64,000 nucleotides of DNA from Saprospiraceae bacterium (GCA_965222975.1 CBDCVJ010000053.1:2269-66268), one strand, 5' to 3'; counted from the first letter of the stretch, positions 1 through 10,185 are shown. The notes: generated by a model not told the origin, from the letters alone. Program-made: numbers and translations.

Positions 1-173
1 GCATTTGGGGCGATCCAAGAAAAGCAACAAAAAATGAAGGAGAAAAAATAATTTTAGAAATTACAAATAATTTGAGTAAAAAGTGTCAAACTTGCCTTAC
101 TGGGCATAGTTCAAAGTTTCACCAATGAAATTTTAATATAATCCCCCAATACCAAAGCCAATAAGTGAAATAG

Positions 174-407
174 ATGTCCGTTGATATGGCAGTAAAAGTA
201 TTGGATGAAAGTATCAATCAAGTAGTATTGATAAAACTCAAAGGTGGCAAAACCCTTAGAGGTAACTTACTTGGATTTGACCAACACATGAACCTGCTAC
301 TCGATTCTTCAGAAGAAATCCCAACTGAAGGCGATTCTAAAACTCTTGGAACCATCGTCGTAAGAGGAGACAACGTAGTTATGATATCTCCTCCTCCAGC
401 AAACTAG
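174..407 (+). CDS. Archaeal Sm-like (LSm/SmAP) RNA-binding protein
   Basis: 77-aa ORF with Sm1/Sm2-type motifs ([26 protein letters not shown] ... [13 protein letters not shown]). It is followed directly by L37e, the classic archaeal Sm-L37e gene pair. Confidence 0.85.
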   Translation: MSVDMAVKVLDESINQVVLIKLKGGKTLRGNLLGFDQHMNLLLDSSEEIPTEGDSKTLGTIVVRGDNVVMISPPPAN

Positions 408-417
408 GTGATTTGAG

Positions 418-586
418 ATGGTAAAAAGGCACAACTTCTATGGGTGGTTTTACAAAGAAAAAAGTCCACATTAGATGTAGAAGATGCGGGAAAAACTCTT
501 TGCATAAACGTCATCATGAGTGTGCTAGTTGTGGTTTTCCAGATGCAAAGAGAAGAAAATACTCTTGGATTAAATGGTACACATAG
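418..586 (+). CDS. rpl37e: Ribosomal protein L37e (C4 zinc ribbon), apparently frameshifted at its 5' end
   Basis: Not in the ORF track (<60 aa). The frame starting at 425 reads [53 protein letters not shown], with stop 584-586. This has the CxxC...CxxC pattern and KGTxS N-terminus of L37e. ATG 418 is one base out of frame; deleting one A from the A5 run 423-427 gives [10 protein letters not shown]. The first in-frame ATG is 440. Confidence 0.8.
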
Positions 587-1090
587 ATGCAAGAAATTGC
601 TATTATTCTTAGTTCATTAGCAGGTGTTGCAACAGCAGCTGCTGTAAGAAGGGCACCAAGAAACAAAACTCAGCTTTTAAGCATCGGTGCTAGCGCACAT
701 ATCAAAAGTCAGGTCAATTCATTAAAAATAGAAAAAGACATTCTTACAAAAACTATATCAAGATTATATCAGTCTGATTCGGAATTTTCTAAAATTCAAC
801 GAGATAAATTATTGGTAAAATATCAACATCAACTAGGAGTTATTCTTGCAAAATTAGAAAAACTTGAAGATGCAAGTAAACATCCAGATCTCGGTCCAGT
901 AGGAGACGGACTCATAACCCTAATGGATCAGAAATTATCTAAATTAGATGATAGATTGTATGAGTTATCATCAAAGATTTCTACGGCTAAAATCACGGTT
1001 CCAGAAATTAAAAAAGAAAAAACATCTCAAGTTGAGACTACCCAAGCAAATTATATGAATCAAAACAAGAACCAGTGGAAAATAAAGTAA
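587..1090 (+). CDS. Hypothetical membrane-anchored coiled-coil protein (probable N-terminal part)
   Basis: N-terminal hydrophobic helix (IAIILSSLAGVATAAAV) followed by a charged, heptad-like region. No family recognised. Confidence 0.4.
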   Translation: MQEIAIILSSLAGVATAAAVRRAPRNKTQLLSIGASAHIKSQVNSLKIEKDILTKTISRLYQSDSEFSKIQRDKLLVKYQHQLGVILAKLEKLEDASKHPDLGPVGDGLITLMDQKLSKLDDRLYELSSKISTAKITVPEIKKEKTSQVETTQANYMNQNKNQWKIK

Positions 1091-1542
1091 AGAGTACTTT
1101 TAATTTTGAAAAATCCACCCCTGCAAAATCAGAACAGGTGATAATCTCTCCAACAAAATCCACACAGTCATTTGAGCTTACCACATTAACCAGACTCTCT
1201 AAAAAAGAACCCAAATTCAATTTATTTGAAAAACAAATTCCAGTAAAAGAGGAAATAGTTAAAGAAGTTGTGGAATCAAAACCGCAAATCCAAAAGAAAA
1301 TAGAATCTGTTCAAACTCAATCTCCCGCAAAATCTAGAGTGATTTTAGAATCAAAACCAGATATTGCAAAAGAAATGGAAAAAATTACAAAATTCAAAGC
1401 TCTTCCTGAACCTCCAAAAGAAAAATCAAACCATGCAGAAAACTTGGAAGATGATTTTGATGATGATTCTGATGATATTGATAAAATTAAAGGAGAAATT
1501 TTGAGCGTTCTCTCCAAGCTTGACCAAGCAGAGGTAGAGTAG
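1075..1542 (+). CDS. Hypothetical K/E/S-rich protein with acidic tail, probably the C-terminal part of the previous ORF
   Basis: Overlaps 587-1090 by 16 nt in another frame. Low-complexity charged sequence ending in DDFDDDSDDID. An indel near 1040-1090 would join the two ORFs. Confidence 0.35.
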   Translation: MENKVKSTFNFEKSTPAKSEQVIISPTKSTQSFELTTLTRLSKKEPKFNLFEKQIPVKEEIVKEVVESKPQIQKKIESVQTQSPAKSRVILESKPDIAKEMEKITKFKALPEPPKEKSNHAENLEDDFDDDSDDIDKIKGEILSVLSKLDQAEVE

Positions 1543-2217
1543 TTGTCCTACGATAGTGCCATATCGGCATTATCTAATGATGCCTTGAAGCATGTAAAAA
1601 ATAACTATATCATAGGTTTGGGTAGTGGAAGAGCAGCTACGGCATTAGTAAAATCACTTGCGTCATTTATCAGAATAAAAAACTACAATATTAAAGGAAT
1701 TCCCACATCGCTTCAGATTAAATTGATTGCAGAAGAAGAAGGAATTCCAATTATTGAAAGTGATCAAGTTGACTATATTGATGTAGTTTTTGATGGAGCA
1801 GATCAAATAGATTCTCAAAAATATGTAATCAAAGGTGGTGGTGGGGCTTTACTTCGAGAAAATATCTTGTTTAGCTTGGCAAAAAAAATTATTGTACTGG
1901 CAGACAAAACAAAATTTGTTAAAAATTTTACGAGATCTGTTCCAGTGGAAATTCATCCTCTCGCGAGAAATTCAGTAACTCAAAAAATTGGAAAAATTGG
2001 AGGAAAAGCAAAACTTCGTACTCTGGATAGAGGATATCCTTTTTTTACCGAAAATGGAAATATTATACTTGATTGTGGTTTTGGGACAATAAAAAATCCA
2101 AAAATATTAACACAAAAAATCAAACAAATACCAGGAGTAATGGAGTCTGGAATATTTCTAAGAAGACCAGATGTAATTTACAAGACAAAAACTGGTGGGA
2201 AATTTGAAATTATTTAG
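1543..2217 (+). CDS. rpiA: Ribose-5-phosphate isomerase A
   Basis: TTG start. Contains GLGSGRAA, FDGADQID and KGGGGALLREN motifs characteristic of RpiA. 224 aa. Confidence 0.85.
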   Translation: MSYDSAISALSNDALKHVKNNYIIGLGSGRAATALVKSLASFIRIKNYNIKGIPTSLQIKLIAEEEGIPIIESDQVDYIDVVFDGADQIDSQKYVIKGGGGALLRENILFSLAKKIIVLADKTKFVKNFTRSVPVEIHPLARNSVTQKIGKIGGKAKLRTLDRGYPFFTENGNIILDCGFGTIKNPKILTQKIKQIPGVMESGIFLRRPDVIYKTKTGGKFEII

Positions 2218-2984
2218 TTAGAAAACTGATTCTCATGCCTAACGGAATTCATAAAATCTTGATGTTCCAACATCATCTCAATCATTTGCTGCCTTATCTC
2301 TGAATCTTCCATCATAAATTCTAGTAAAGTTTCCATCATCTGTTCTGTCATCAAGCCCAAATGATAGTTATTTTCAAACATAAAATTATGCATTTGAATT
2401 CGCATATTCTCATTTAACCAGATATGGTGCATCATATCCTCCATGATTATGGGATGATGAAATCCCAGATTAGAATGAATGCTACGGTTTTCAAATTCTG
2501 GACACCAAGAACATCCCATTTGTCCATGCATTCCTTGCCCCATTCCTGAATTCATGTTAGAACCTCTCATTGGTTGATGGACAGAAACCATCCATTTTGG
2601 ATTCTCTTGAAGAGATTTCATCATTATGTCATTGTTTTTCATTTGTTCGATCATTTGTTTTCTAAGTTCTGGGTTTGTAGTCATTGGACCCATAACATTT
2701 ATCATATATTCCGGATTGCTCTTTAGTTGTAAAATCATTTCTGACATTGTTTGTTGCATAACTTTTTGATCATTCATCATCATCATATGCCAATGATGCA
2801 TTAGTTTTGGATCATTTATCATGCCATTCATAAGATGAATCATCATAACTGGACGTTTCATCAATTGTGACGAATCAAATTTTCCATAACCTCTATCTAT
2901 TAATTTCAGATATGTTGATGATGAAACACATGCAGGAACACCATTATTTTTCTGAATTAAAATTAGGCCTTCTTTGCATGTCAA
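2214..2984 (-). CDS. Met/His-rich exported protein (possible metal, e.g. copper, binding)
   Basis: Strikingly Met/His-rich (HHWHMMMMNDQ, MGQGMHGQMG, MMHHIW, MIEMMLEH). The in-frame stretch upstream of 2984 encodes a signal-like helix (YYALIIGILFAPFLF). An ATG at 3129 lies one frame off across a T run, so the true gene probably spans about 2214-3129. Confidence 0.5.
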   Translation of the reverse strand: MTCKEGLILIQKNNGVPACVSSSTYLKLIDRGYGKFDSSQLMKRPVMMIHLMNGMINDPKLMHHWHMMMMNDQKVMQQTMSEMILQLKSNPEYMINVMGPMTTNPELRKQMIEQMKNNDIMMKSLQENPKWMVSVHQPMRGSNMNSGMGQGMHGQMGCSWCPEFENRSIHSNLGFHHPIIMEDMMHHIWLNENMRIQMHNFMFENNYHLGLMTEQMMETLLEFMMEDSEIRQQMIEMMLEHQDFMNSVRHENQFSN

Positions 2985-3176
2985 TACATTAGGATCAGGT
3001 AATTGTTTCCATTGATGTCTTGGGAGAGTAATTTGATTTTCTTGAGCAAATGTGTTGTCAAATAAAAATGGAGCAAATAAAATACCAATAATTAATGCAT
3101 AATAAAAATGAAAAATTCAATTTATTCATTTACAACTTTATATCTTATTTGGCTTAAATATTGTTCTTAATCCAAT

Positions 3177-4570
3177 TTATGTAACAGGACGTTCCACTAA
3201 TTTTCCATGTCCTAGTTTTCCTACAACTTCGAAATCTTCGGCAACTATCTCTCCCCTTACGACAGTTTTTACTGGCCATCCTTTCAATTTCATTCCCTCA
3301 TATACAATATAATCTGAAAATCCCCCGAACAATTCATTTGAAACTTTGTTTTCTTTTTTCAAATTAATCATTGTGATATCTGCATCAGAATTTTTTTCCA
3401 AAGTTCCCTTTTTTGGATACATCCCAAAGATTTTTGAAGCATTTAGGCTCGTAAAATGGACAAATTGTTCAAGAGATATCCTATCCTTGTTTACTCCTTC
3501 GCTAAGCAAAATTGGGATAACTGTTCCAATTCCAGGAAATCCAGCTAAAGCACTCCAAACATCATCTCCTCCCAACTTTAGTTTTAGTTGGTTTGCCACA
3601 TGAATCAGTCCCCACTGTATCTATTTGGTTATTTGATAGTGCGTTCCATATTGCTTGATTGTCTTTTTGTGTTCTGATAGGAGGCATCACTTTGGCAAGA
3701 TATCCTTGCTGTTTTTCATAAGATAATGTAAGATAGTGAGGACAGGTCTCTACAAATATTTTGGTTCCTTTTTCTCTTTCTTCTTTAATTTGATTTAGTG
3801 CTCTTTCTGAACCGATATGTACAAAGTAAATTGTACATCCATAATCCCGTCCATATTGACACACTGTCTTGATTGCCTTTACTTCAAATTCGGGGGATCT
3901 GCTTTCAGACCATGCCGAAAGACCATCTTTGTGTTTTTCTTTTGCAGTTTTAATTCCACAAGCACATGATTCATAATCTTCTGCATGAACCAATACAGGG
4001 CATCCCAAAGATGCAGCATTCTTTACAGTTTCCTCAACTATTTGGTTATTCACATCAACTGTTGCAGCATCTAGCTCTGATGTATAGGGAGGCATATCCA
4101 TGTATACATGACCAACGTCACCTCCAAGGTTCATGTAAATTTTAAAAGAAGTGATTCCTTTTTCTACGCAAAACTTCATTTCGTTAATTTGTTGTTTAGA
4201 AAAAATTGAGGCATGAATAGAATAATCAACATAATGATTTGTTGCCGAAGCTTCCAATTGATTTTGTAAAGAAGATGAAAATGAATTTCCTAATCGTAAC
4301 ATTCTCATCATTGTAGTTATTCCTCCAATCGCTGCTGCATGAGATTCGGGTTTTTGCGGCCTGATCAATTGAGGAATAAACACCATAGTGAACATGAGTG
4401 TCAATTGGGCCGGGTACAGAAATTAACCCATTCCCATTGATTTTGTGATCACATGAGGGTAGTTCGTGAGTAAAACCAACAATTTTCCCATCATCAATAA
4501 TGATGTTTTTGTCTACTACACCATGAGGTGTAATTATATGAGAATTGGTGATTATTGTATCATAAGTCAT
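3177..4570 (-). pseudogene. Cyclic amidohydrolase (dihydroorotase / dihydropyrimidinase-hydantoinase family) split into three frames
   Basis: ORFs 4570-4226, 4404-3562 and 3599-3177 read together as one amidohydrolase of about 460 aa. Motifs: GPIDTHVHYG (HxH metal site), AAIGGITT, VLVHAED, FVHIGS, GTDS. Frame changes occur at an A5/C3 run near 4350 and near 3600. These may be sequencing indels rather than true decay. Confidence 0.75.
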
Positions 4571-4644
4571 TTACTTTTTTTTCTTTGGGAGTCTTTTATG
4601 CGTTGAGATGATAGAAATTTGGAGAAATTAAATTTATCAAATCA

Positions 4645-5779
4645 TTATGCTGCTTTGTTTAAAACAATTTTTTGATCAGGTGTTGGAAGGCAGATAAAGA
4701 AAGAAGTTCCTTTTCCAAATTCACTTTCCAGCCATATTTTTCCTTCCAAACCTTCTGCAATACCTTTACAGATTACAAGGCCCAAACCTGTTCCACCATG
4801 TTTTCTAGTATGAGAGGTATCAATTTGATAGAATTTTTTGAATATGTTAGCTTGTTTTTCCTTTGGAATTCCAGGACCATTATCTTGGACAGAAAATATT
4901 ACATTGTTTTCTTTAATTTTTGCTTCAACAGAAATTTTTCCATCTTTTGAGGGTACAAAATCAACTGAATTTCTGATTAAATTGTCCCAAAACTTGTCTT
5001 AATCTTTGTTTATCGGTTTTTAATACCAAATTCTTTGGACATTTTACAGTAAAATCAATTTTCTTATTTTTCATAAGATGATTGTTATTTTCTTTTAGCT
5101 CATCCATGAATTCATCAAGACTAAATTCTGTAATCAAGAATGTCATTTTCTTCATATCCAATTTTTGTACATCAAGTAAATCACTAATCAAGCGCTCCAA
5201 CAAAGTAGCGTTAGACTCGATTTTACCAATAAAATCAATCTGATCATTATTTAGAGCACCAAATGTATCTACATCTTTTAGCATCTCACAATATCCCTTA
5301 ATGGGGACCAAAGGGGTGTTGAGCTCATGAGTCATCATGGACGAAAATTCTTCCTTTCTAAGTTCAGACTCTTTAACATTTTTCAGAGCATCAGATAGTT
5401 TTTCCTCTAATATTTTTTGGTTGGTGATATCAGTAAGTATAGCAATGTATTGCTCAGGTTTTCCATCATCTCCTAAAAGTGGAGAGATTGTGGCCTTGGA
5501 CCAATAGTAAGAACCATCCTTGGCTTTGTTTTTTATGTCTCCCTTCCAAGTTTTTCCTTCGGAGATTTTTTCCCACATATCTTTGAAAAATTGTTTATCA
5601 TGATAATAGGAACTTACAATCCTTGGGTTCTGTCCTAAGAGCTCTTCCCTTGAAAATTTAGATACTTTGCAAAAATCATCATTTACATAAATAATTGAGC
5701 CAGTAGTATCGGTAATCAAAACATTTGCAGATTTATTATGCAATAGGACAAATGAAAATGCGGCCAACACCGACTGAAC
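4645..5779 (-). pseudogene. PAS sensor histidine kinase, N-terminally truncated at the junction and carrying one frameshift
   Basis: PAS domain (NVLITDTTGSIIYVNDDF...GQNPRIV) and H-box SSMMTHELNTPL. After an extra G near 4958 the next frame continues DNLIRNSVDF...DNGPGIP...GGTGLGLVICK (HATPase_c) to TAA 4645-4647. The frame is closed upstream by a stop at 5780-5782. Confidence 0.75.
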
Positions 5780-6198
5780 TCAATGCAGTTGAAAATGGAG
5801 AAAAAAGCGAAAATGGAAAATATAAAACTTCCCCTTTGACTGAAAAGCAAATAGCCAACTATAAAAAAGAACTATTGGTTTTAATGGAAAAAGAGAAGCC
5901 TTATTTAAAAACCGCACTAAAAATTTCTGATCTGGCCAATATGCTTAAATTACCTTCCCACCATTTATCACAAGTGTTAAATGAGGGCATGCAAACCAGT
6001 TATTATGATTTAATAAATGGTTACCGGATCGAACTGGCCAAGCAAAAATTAAGAGAGGAAAAATACCGTCATTATTCGATCCTTGCTATCGGAATGGAAT
6101 GTGGATTTGCCAATAAGACCACATTTAACAGAACGTTCAAAAAAATTACAGGCATGACCCCTTCTGAATATATTGAGGCAAATTCAGAAATAAAATAA
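5773..6198 (+). CDS. AraC/XylS-family HTH regulator, C-terminal fragment only
   Basis: Double HTH (ISDLANMLKLPSHHLSQVLNE ... IGMECGFANKTTFNRTFKKITGMTPSEY). There is no N-terminal domain, and the ORF runs back into the archaeal/bacterial junction. Confidence 0.75.
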   Translation, partial: TELNAVENGEKSENGKYKTSPLTEKQIANYKKELLVLMEKEKPYLKTALKISDLANMLKLPSHHLSQVLNEGMQTSYYDLINGYRIELAKQKLREEKYRHYSILAIGMECGFANKTTFNRTFKKITGMTPSEYIEANSEIK

Positions 6199-6405
6199 AA
6201 TCAACCACCTCTCCCTGTGCCGAACAGTTAATAGACTTGTTCGGCTTTGATAGTCAGCGATTTAGCCGTCCCGCTAACGGGACGACGTAAACCGTTCATT
6301 TTCAAACCAGAACAAGTCTAATAGTACCATTTAATTAAGGAAGGCGAAGTGTACCCATATGTATTATTTATTTGCAAAAATTATTTTTTCAAAAACCTAA
6401 TTAAA

Positions 6406-6909
6406 ATGAACCGTAAAAATTTTATTAAATCATTGGGCATTGCAGGTTTTGGGCTCACAGGAATCCCTTTCACTATAAACGCACAATCAGAAAACGATCC
6501 GCCTTTGGATAAAAAATTAGTGCAAGAATTTGTCGGCGCAGGACATCGTGACATGGACAAAATAAAATCCATGCTGCTTGAATATCCTACCCTCCTTAAT
6601 GCCGCACACGATTGGCAAAATGGAGATTTTGAAACGGCATTGGGTGCTGCTTCTCATGTTGGGTACAAAGATTTAGCACAATACCTGCTTGACCAAGGTG
6701 CGCAAGCCAATATTTTTACGGCTTGCCTTTTTGGAAAAATAGAAATCGTAAAACCCATGCTTGAAGCATTTCCGAATACCTTGCATGCAAAAGGGCCACA
6801 TGGTTTTACTTTATTGCATCACGCGACTCGTGGTGGGGAAGAAGCTTTGGAAGTAAAGGAGTATTTGGAAACATTGGGAGCAACGGAGATGAAAATTCCT
6901 TTGTATTGA
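6406..6909 (+). CDS. Exported ankyrin-repeat protein
   Basis: Start moved to ATG 6406 (MNRKNFIKSLGIAGFGLTG, a Tat/Sec-like signal). Ankyrin-type repeats present (TALGAASHVGYKDLAQYLLDQGAQANI; GFTLLHHATRGGEEALEV). Confidence 0.7.
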   Translation: MNRKNFIKSLGIAGFGLTGIPFTINAQSENDPPLDKKLVQEFVGAGHRDMDKIKSMLLEYPTLLNAAHDWQNGDFETALGAASHVGYKDLAQYLLDQGAQANIFTACLFGKIEIVKPMLEAFPNTLHAKGPHGFTLLHHATRGGEEALEVKEYLETLGATEMKIPLY

Positions 6910-6912
6910 AAA

Positions 6913-7710
6913 TCAATAAGCTGGTTTAATAGGTGACTTCCCGTTCCAGTATGGGCGATTACTTTGCAGCCAGTCTTTTTTAAATGGGTTATCAAAAGGG
7001 ACTAAAGGCTTCGAACTGTATTCTGTTAAAATATGCTCCCATTGTTCGGTGCTTATTTTATTGGGGTCAAAAGTATAGTTTTTTATCATAGCGAAAAATT
7101 CTGCCTTCGCATTATTTATTTTTGATTTAATCAATTCCAAATAATCGCTGCGGCTGATTTGCTGCCAAATCTTGTCAGTAATGTCATTTTCGGATTTAAT
7201 GTCATGAAATTTATTTTTATTGAAAATAATTGAGTAATTGTGCCTTTTTCCAAAATATTCAATATGGTGCACAATATGAGCTGTTATAGTTTTATTTATC
7301 TTATCAGAATAATCATTAAATAGTGAGTCTGCTTTTATCTCCGAATAATTGATAAAAGTGGCTTCCCTCATAGCTGCTTTAATAACAGGGGCGTAATCCC
7401 GGCCGCAGACCATTCTTACATGGTGCCGTTTAATAAAATCATCAACAACTTTCCTGTCGATGTTGTCACGCCCATTTCGGCTGCCTGGCCCAAGAAAGGC
7501 AATAATGCCGGATAGTGCTTTTGTCATTTTCTTTAATTCAAGGTCAATGCTGTCTTTTATATATTTGACCGTTGAGTTAACCTGAATTGATTTCTCCAAT
7601 TTAATTTGCAAATAGTCGAAATCTGCTACACCTATTTTTTCTTGAGAAAAATTAAATGGTATGATTACTAATTGGAATAAAAAAGGCAGTAAAATTTTCT
7701 TAAAGATCAT
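6913..7710 (-). CDS. Hypothetical secreted protein
   Basis: 265-aa ORF with N-terminal signal-like helix (ILLPFLFQLVIIPF). No family recognised. Confidence 0.45.
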   Translation of the reverse strand: MIFKKILLPFLFQLVIIPFNFSQEKIGVADFDYLQIKLEKSIQVNSTVKYIKDSIDLELKKMTKALSGIIAFLGPGSRNGRDNIDRKVVDDFIKRHHVRMVCGRDYAPVIKAAMREATFINYSEIKADSLFNDYSDKINKTITAHIVHHIEYFGKRHNYSIIFNKNKFHDIKSENDITDKIWQQISRSDYLELIKSKINNAKAEFFAMIKNYTFDPNKISTEQWEHILTEYSSKPLVPFDNPFKKDWLQSNRPYWNGKSPIKPAY

Positions 7711-7805
7711 GGATAACGGGCATTGTCAAGTCTAATCTTTTATCAAGGTGTCTGGAAAATAAGAAATGGTTGTTTTATATAGTTTTTCCAATCTAACGTA
7801 GATTG

Positions 7806-7938
7806 ATTCGTTTCCTCCCCCCAGCCCCCTCCAAAGGAGGAGACACAGCCTGCTAAATTTTAAATGCACAGCTTAACATAAAATAAAGGAACGGATATAT
7901 CTCCCCCTTTTGGAGGGGGCTGGGGGGAGGAAACGAAT
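7806..7938. repeat. Inverted repeat: 30-bp perfect arms (7806-7835 / 7909-7938) around a 73-bp spacer
   Basis: Left arm ATTCGTTTCCTCCCCCCAGCCCCCTCCAAA is the exact reverse complement of the right arm. Weaker pairing extends about 5 bp further. Lies between two tandem minus-strand genes. Confidence 0.9.
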
Positions 7939-7983
7939 ATTGCATCAAATTACTATATTTTGTTTATAAACTATCTAATTAGT

Positions 7984-9084
7984 TTAATCAATCAAAACCC
8001 TTTCTCCACTTGCTGCTGCCTCATAAATAGCCTCTACTATTTTAATATCTTGCATCCCATCCTCGCCAGGCACCAACATATCCGTATCATTTAAAATAGA
8101 CAAGGCATCATCATCCATTTGTTTCGCTTGCTGGTTAGCTATTTTTTTATTTAATAAAATGCCATCGCTGGTGGTGCCTTTTACACCATTATAAGATTGG
8201 AAGGGTTCCAAACCATACCAGCCATTTTCCGCCGTCACGTGCAATCGGTTCATCCCTTTTGCAAAACTCGTTTCACAATCGGCGATGGCTCCACTGGGAA
8301 ATTCGAGTTGGTAACGGGTAGTGTCATCTACCTCTGTATAAATATGTGGACGGACAGTAAAATGCTCGGCTTTAATAACGGCAACAGGCTCTTCGTTAGT
8401 TGTATATCGGGCAGCATTAATAGTATAGACACCCATGTCGTATAAAGCACCACCGCCCATATCCCTTTTTAATTTCCAATGGTTTTCCCGTCGATCATAA
8501 TAACCCGCTTCCGCCTCTATCTTTTTTATTTTTCCATATTTTTTTTCTTTCCCGAAACGGATAACCGTTTGCGTATTGGGTTCGTGCTGCATGCGGTAAC
8601 CAATGGCCAATTTCACTTTATTTTTTTTGCATGCATTTATCATCGCTTGACATTCTTCAGGTGTGCGGGCCATCGGTTTTTCGCACCACACATGTTTGCC
8701 TGTATTGGCCGCTTTAATTGCGTATTCACTGTGCAATCCTGTTGGTAAAACAATATAGATCACATCAATATTTGGGTTGTTGGCGATGCCGTCCATATTT
8801 TCGTAATTGTAAATATTGCCGTTGGGAATTTTATACTGCCTTTGCCAGCGAACGGCTTTTTCTGGTGTGCCAGTGACAATACCTGCCAGATAGCAATGTT
8901 TGGTCATTTGCAGTGCAGGGGCTAAAAGATCAGTGCTGTAATAACCCAAACCAACAAGGGCGACCCCTATTTTATTTTTTGATTTTCTTGTCAAAATATG
9001 GGGTAGGGTAGCAGCGCCCAATGCAACTGTACCAACTCCGATGGCGGCGGCTTTGATGAATTTGCGGCGTTTTGTTTGATTCAT
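7984..9084 (-). CDS. Gfo/Idh/MocA-family NAD(P)-dependent oxidoreductase with Tat-type signal
   Basis: N-terminal RRKFIKAAAIGVGTVALGAA, Rossmann motif KIGVALVGLGYYS, and VWCEKPMA motif. Confidence 0.85.
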   Translation of the reverse strand: MNQTKRRKFIKAAAIGVGTVALGAATLPHILTRKSKNKIGVALVGLGYYSTDLLAPALQMTKHCYLAGIVTGTPEKAVRWQRQYKIPNGNIYNYENMDGIANNPNIDVIYIVLPTGLHSEYAIKAANTGKHVWCEKPMARTPEECQAMINACKKNKVKLAIGYRMQHEPNTQTVIRFGKEKKYGKIKKIEAEAGYYDRRENHWKLKRDMGGGALYDMGVYTINAARYTTNEEPVAVIKAEHFTVRPHIYTEVDDTTRYQLEFPSGAIADCETSFAKGMNRLHVTAENGWYGLEPFQSYNGVKGTTSDGILLNKKIANQQAKQMDDDALSILNDTDMLVPGEDGMQDIKIVEAIYEAAASGERVLID

Positions 9085-9172
9085 TTCATTGATTTTTAAA
9101 AATTGTCCTTAGCAGGAGTTAGCACTTGGGGTACTAACACTGCTTTTATTCTTGTATCTAATGACAATCCAA

Positions 9173-9586
9173 TTACACATTGGTGATCAAATCGTAAGAA
9201 GCTTTTATCCAATCCAATAATTGCCGATCTATATCTTCCTCACTATCAATGGATACGACATGGAAAAATCGCCGTTTGCTGGTCTGTAAATATTTTTTGA
9301 CAGGTGGCACATCTTCCAAATGATCGAGAAAAAATTCAATATCCAACCATTTCTTTTTTACCTTGACGGCGAGGAAGGTACTTTTGGTCTTGAAGAAAAT
9401 GACATCGGGCGGTACGGCTTCTTCCCGAAAGTCGCCGAACTTTTGAGTCTGCTCTTTGATCGTTTCGTATAGTTCCCGAAAATGTTCCGGACGACGCAGA
9501 AAAAAGGCTTCCTTGTCCACTTTTTTGCAGGTGTGCATTTGGTTGGTGTTTCGGAAGGTGCGGGAGCAGGTTGGGCAGGTCCACAT
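9173..9586 (-). CDS. Conserved hypothetical protein with N-terminal CxxC...HxC zinc-ribbon-like motif
   Basis: 137-aa ORF (MWTCPTCSRTFRNTNQMHTCKKV...). Resembles small DUF-type proteins, but I cannot assign the family with certainty. Confidence 0.4.
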   Translation of the reverse strand: MWTCPTCSRTFRNTNQMHTCKKVDKEAFFLRRPEHFRELYETIKEQTQKFGDFREEAVPPDVIFFKTKSTFLAVKVKKKWLDIEFFLDHLEDVPPVKKYLQTSKRRFFHVVSIDSEEDIDRQLLDWIKASYDLITNV

Positions 9587-9680
9587 GAGTTTGAGTTTTA
9601 TTTTGTGGCAAAATATGTCATTTATTAAAAAAGTGACATACCTGACAAGTAATAAAAAATATTAGAAAATATTTTCACAT

Positions 9681-10178
9681 ATGCACCCAACGATAAAAAC
9701 TGTTTCTCATTCTGATGCTGAATCGTTACCCTTGATCTATAACCCCTATCTCGGCAAAGCCACCCTCGACACCACGCCCCGCCAATCCGATTTTTTTATT
9801 AATTTGATAAATAAACTGGAAGGCCGGGAAACCATGTTAGTCGCAAAAATAAAAGGGGAAATAACAGGTTATGGCATTTTAAAAAAATATAGCTGGAAAG
9901 AGGGTTATTATCATGCGGGCGAAATTTCCATTTTTTTGGACGCTAAATATACAGGAAAAGGCATCGGTGAAAAATTAATGCACCAATTAATTGATCAAGC
10001 AAAAAAGTGGGACTACCGTCACCTCGTCGCCCGTATCATGGCGAAAAATAAAGGCAGCATTTCTTTTCATGAAAAAATGGGGTATGAAATGGTGGGTATT
10101 CAAAAACAAATTGGGTTTGCTCATGGAGAATGGCAGGATGTGGCTATTATGCAGTTGTTAATTAATGGTGAATGGTGA
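9681..10178 (+). CDS. GNAT-family N-acetyltransferase
   Basis: 165 aa. Acetyl-CoA binding region GKGIGEKLMHQLIDQAKK. Overall length and pattern resemble phosphinothricin-type acetyltransferases. Confidence 0.8.
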   Translation: MHPTIKTVSHSDAESLPLIYNPYLGKATLDTTPRQSDFFINLINKLEGRETMLVAKIKGEITGYGILKKYSWKEGYYHAGEISIFLDAKYTGKGIGEKLMHQLIDQAKKWDYRHLVARIMAKNKGSISFHEKMGYEMVGIQKQIGFAHGEWQDVAIMQLLINGEW

Positions 10179-10185
10179 ATGGTAA

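Noticed and set aside
1-5770. Horizontal transfer of an archaeal gene block into a Bacteroidota chromosome
   Set aside because: Both genes at the boundary are truncated head-to-head. There are no integration hallmarks. The block contains core informational genes (L37e, Sm) that would be useless in a bacterium. A chimeric or concatenated assembly is the simpler explanation.
9336-9665. ORFs 9336-9611 (-) and 9456-9665 (+) overlapping 9173-9586
   Set aside because: They are alternative frames of the same segment. The 9173-9586 frame has the more protein-like sequence and the Cys/His motif.
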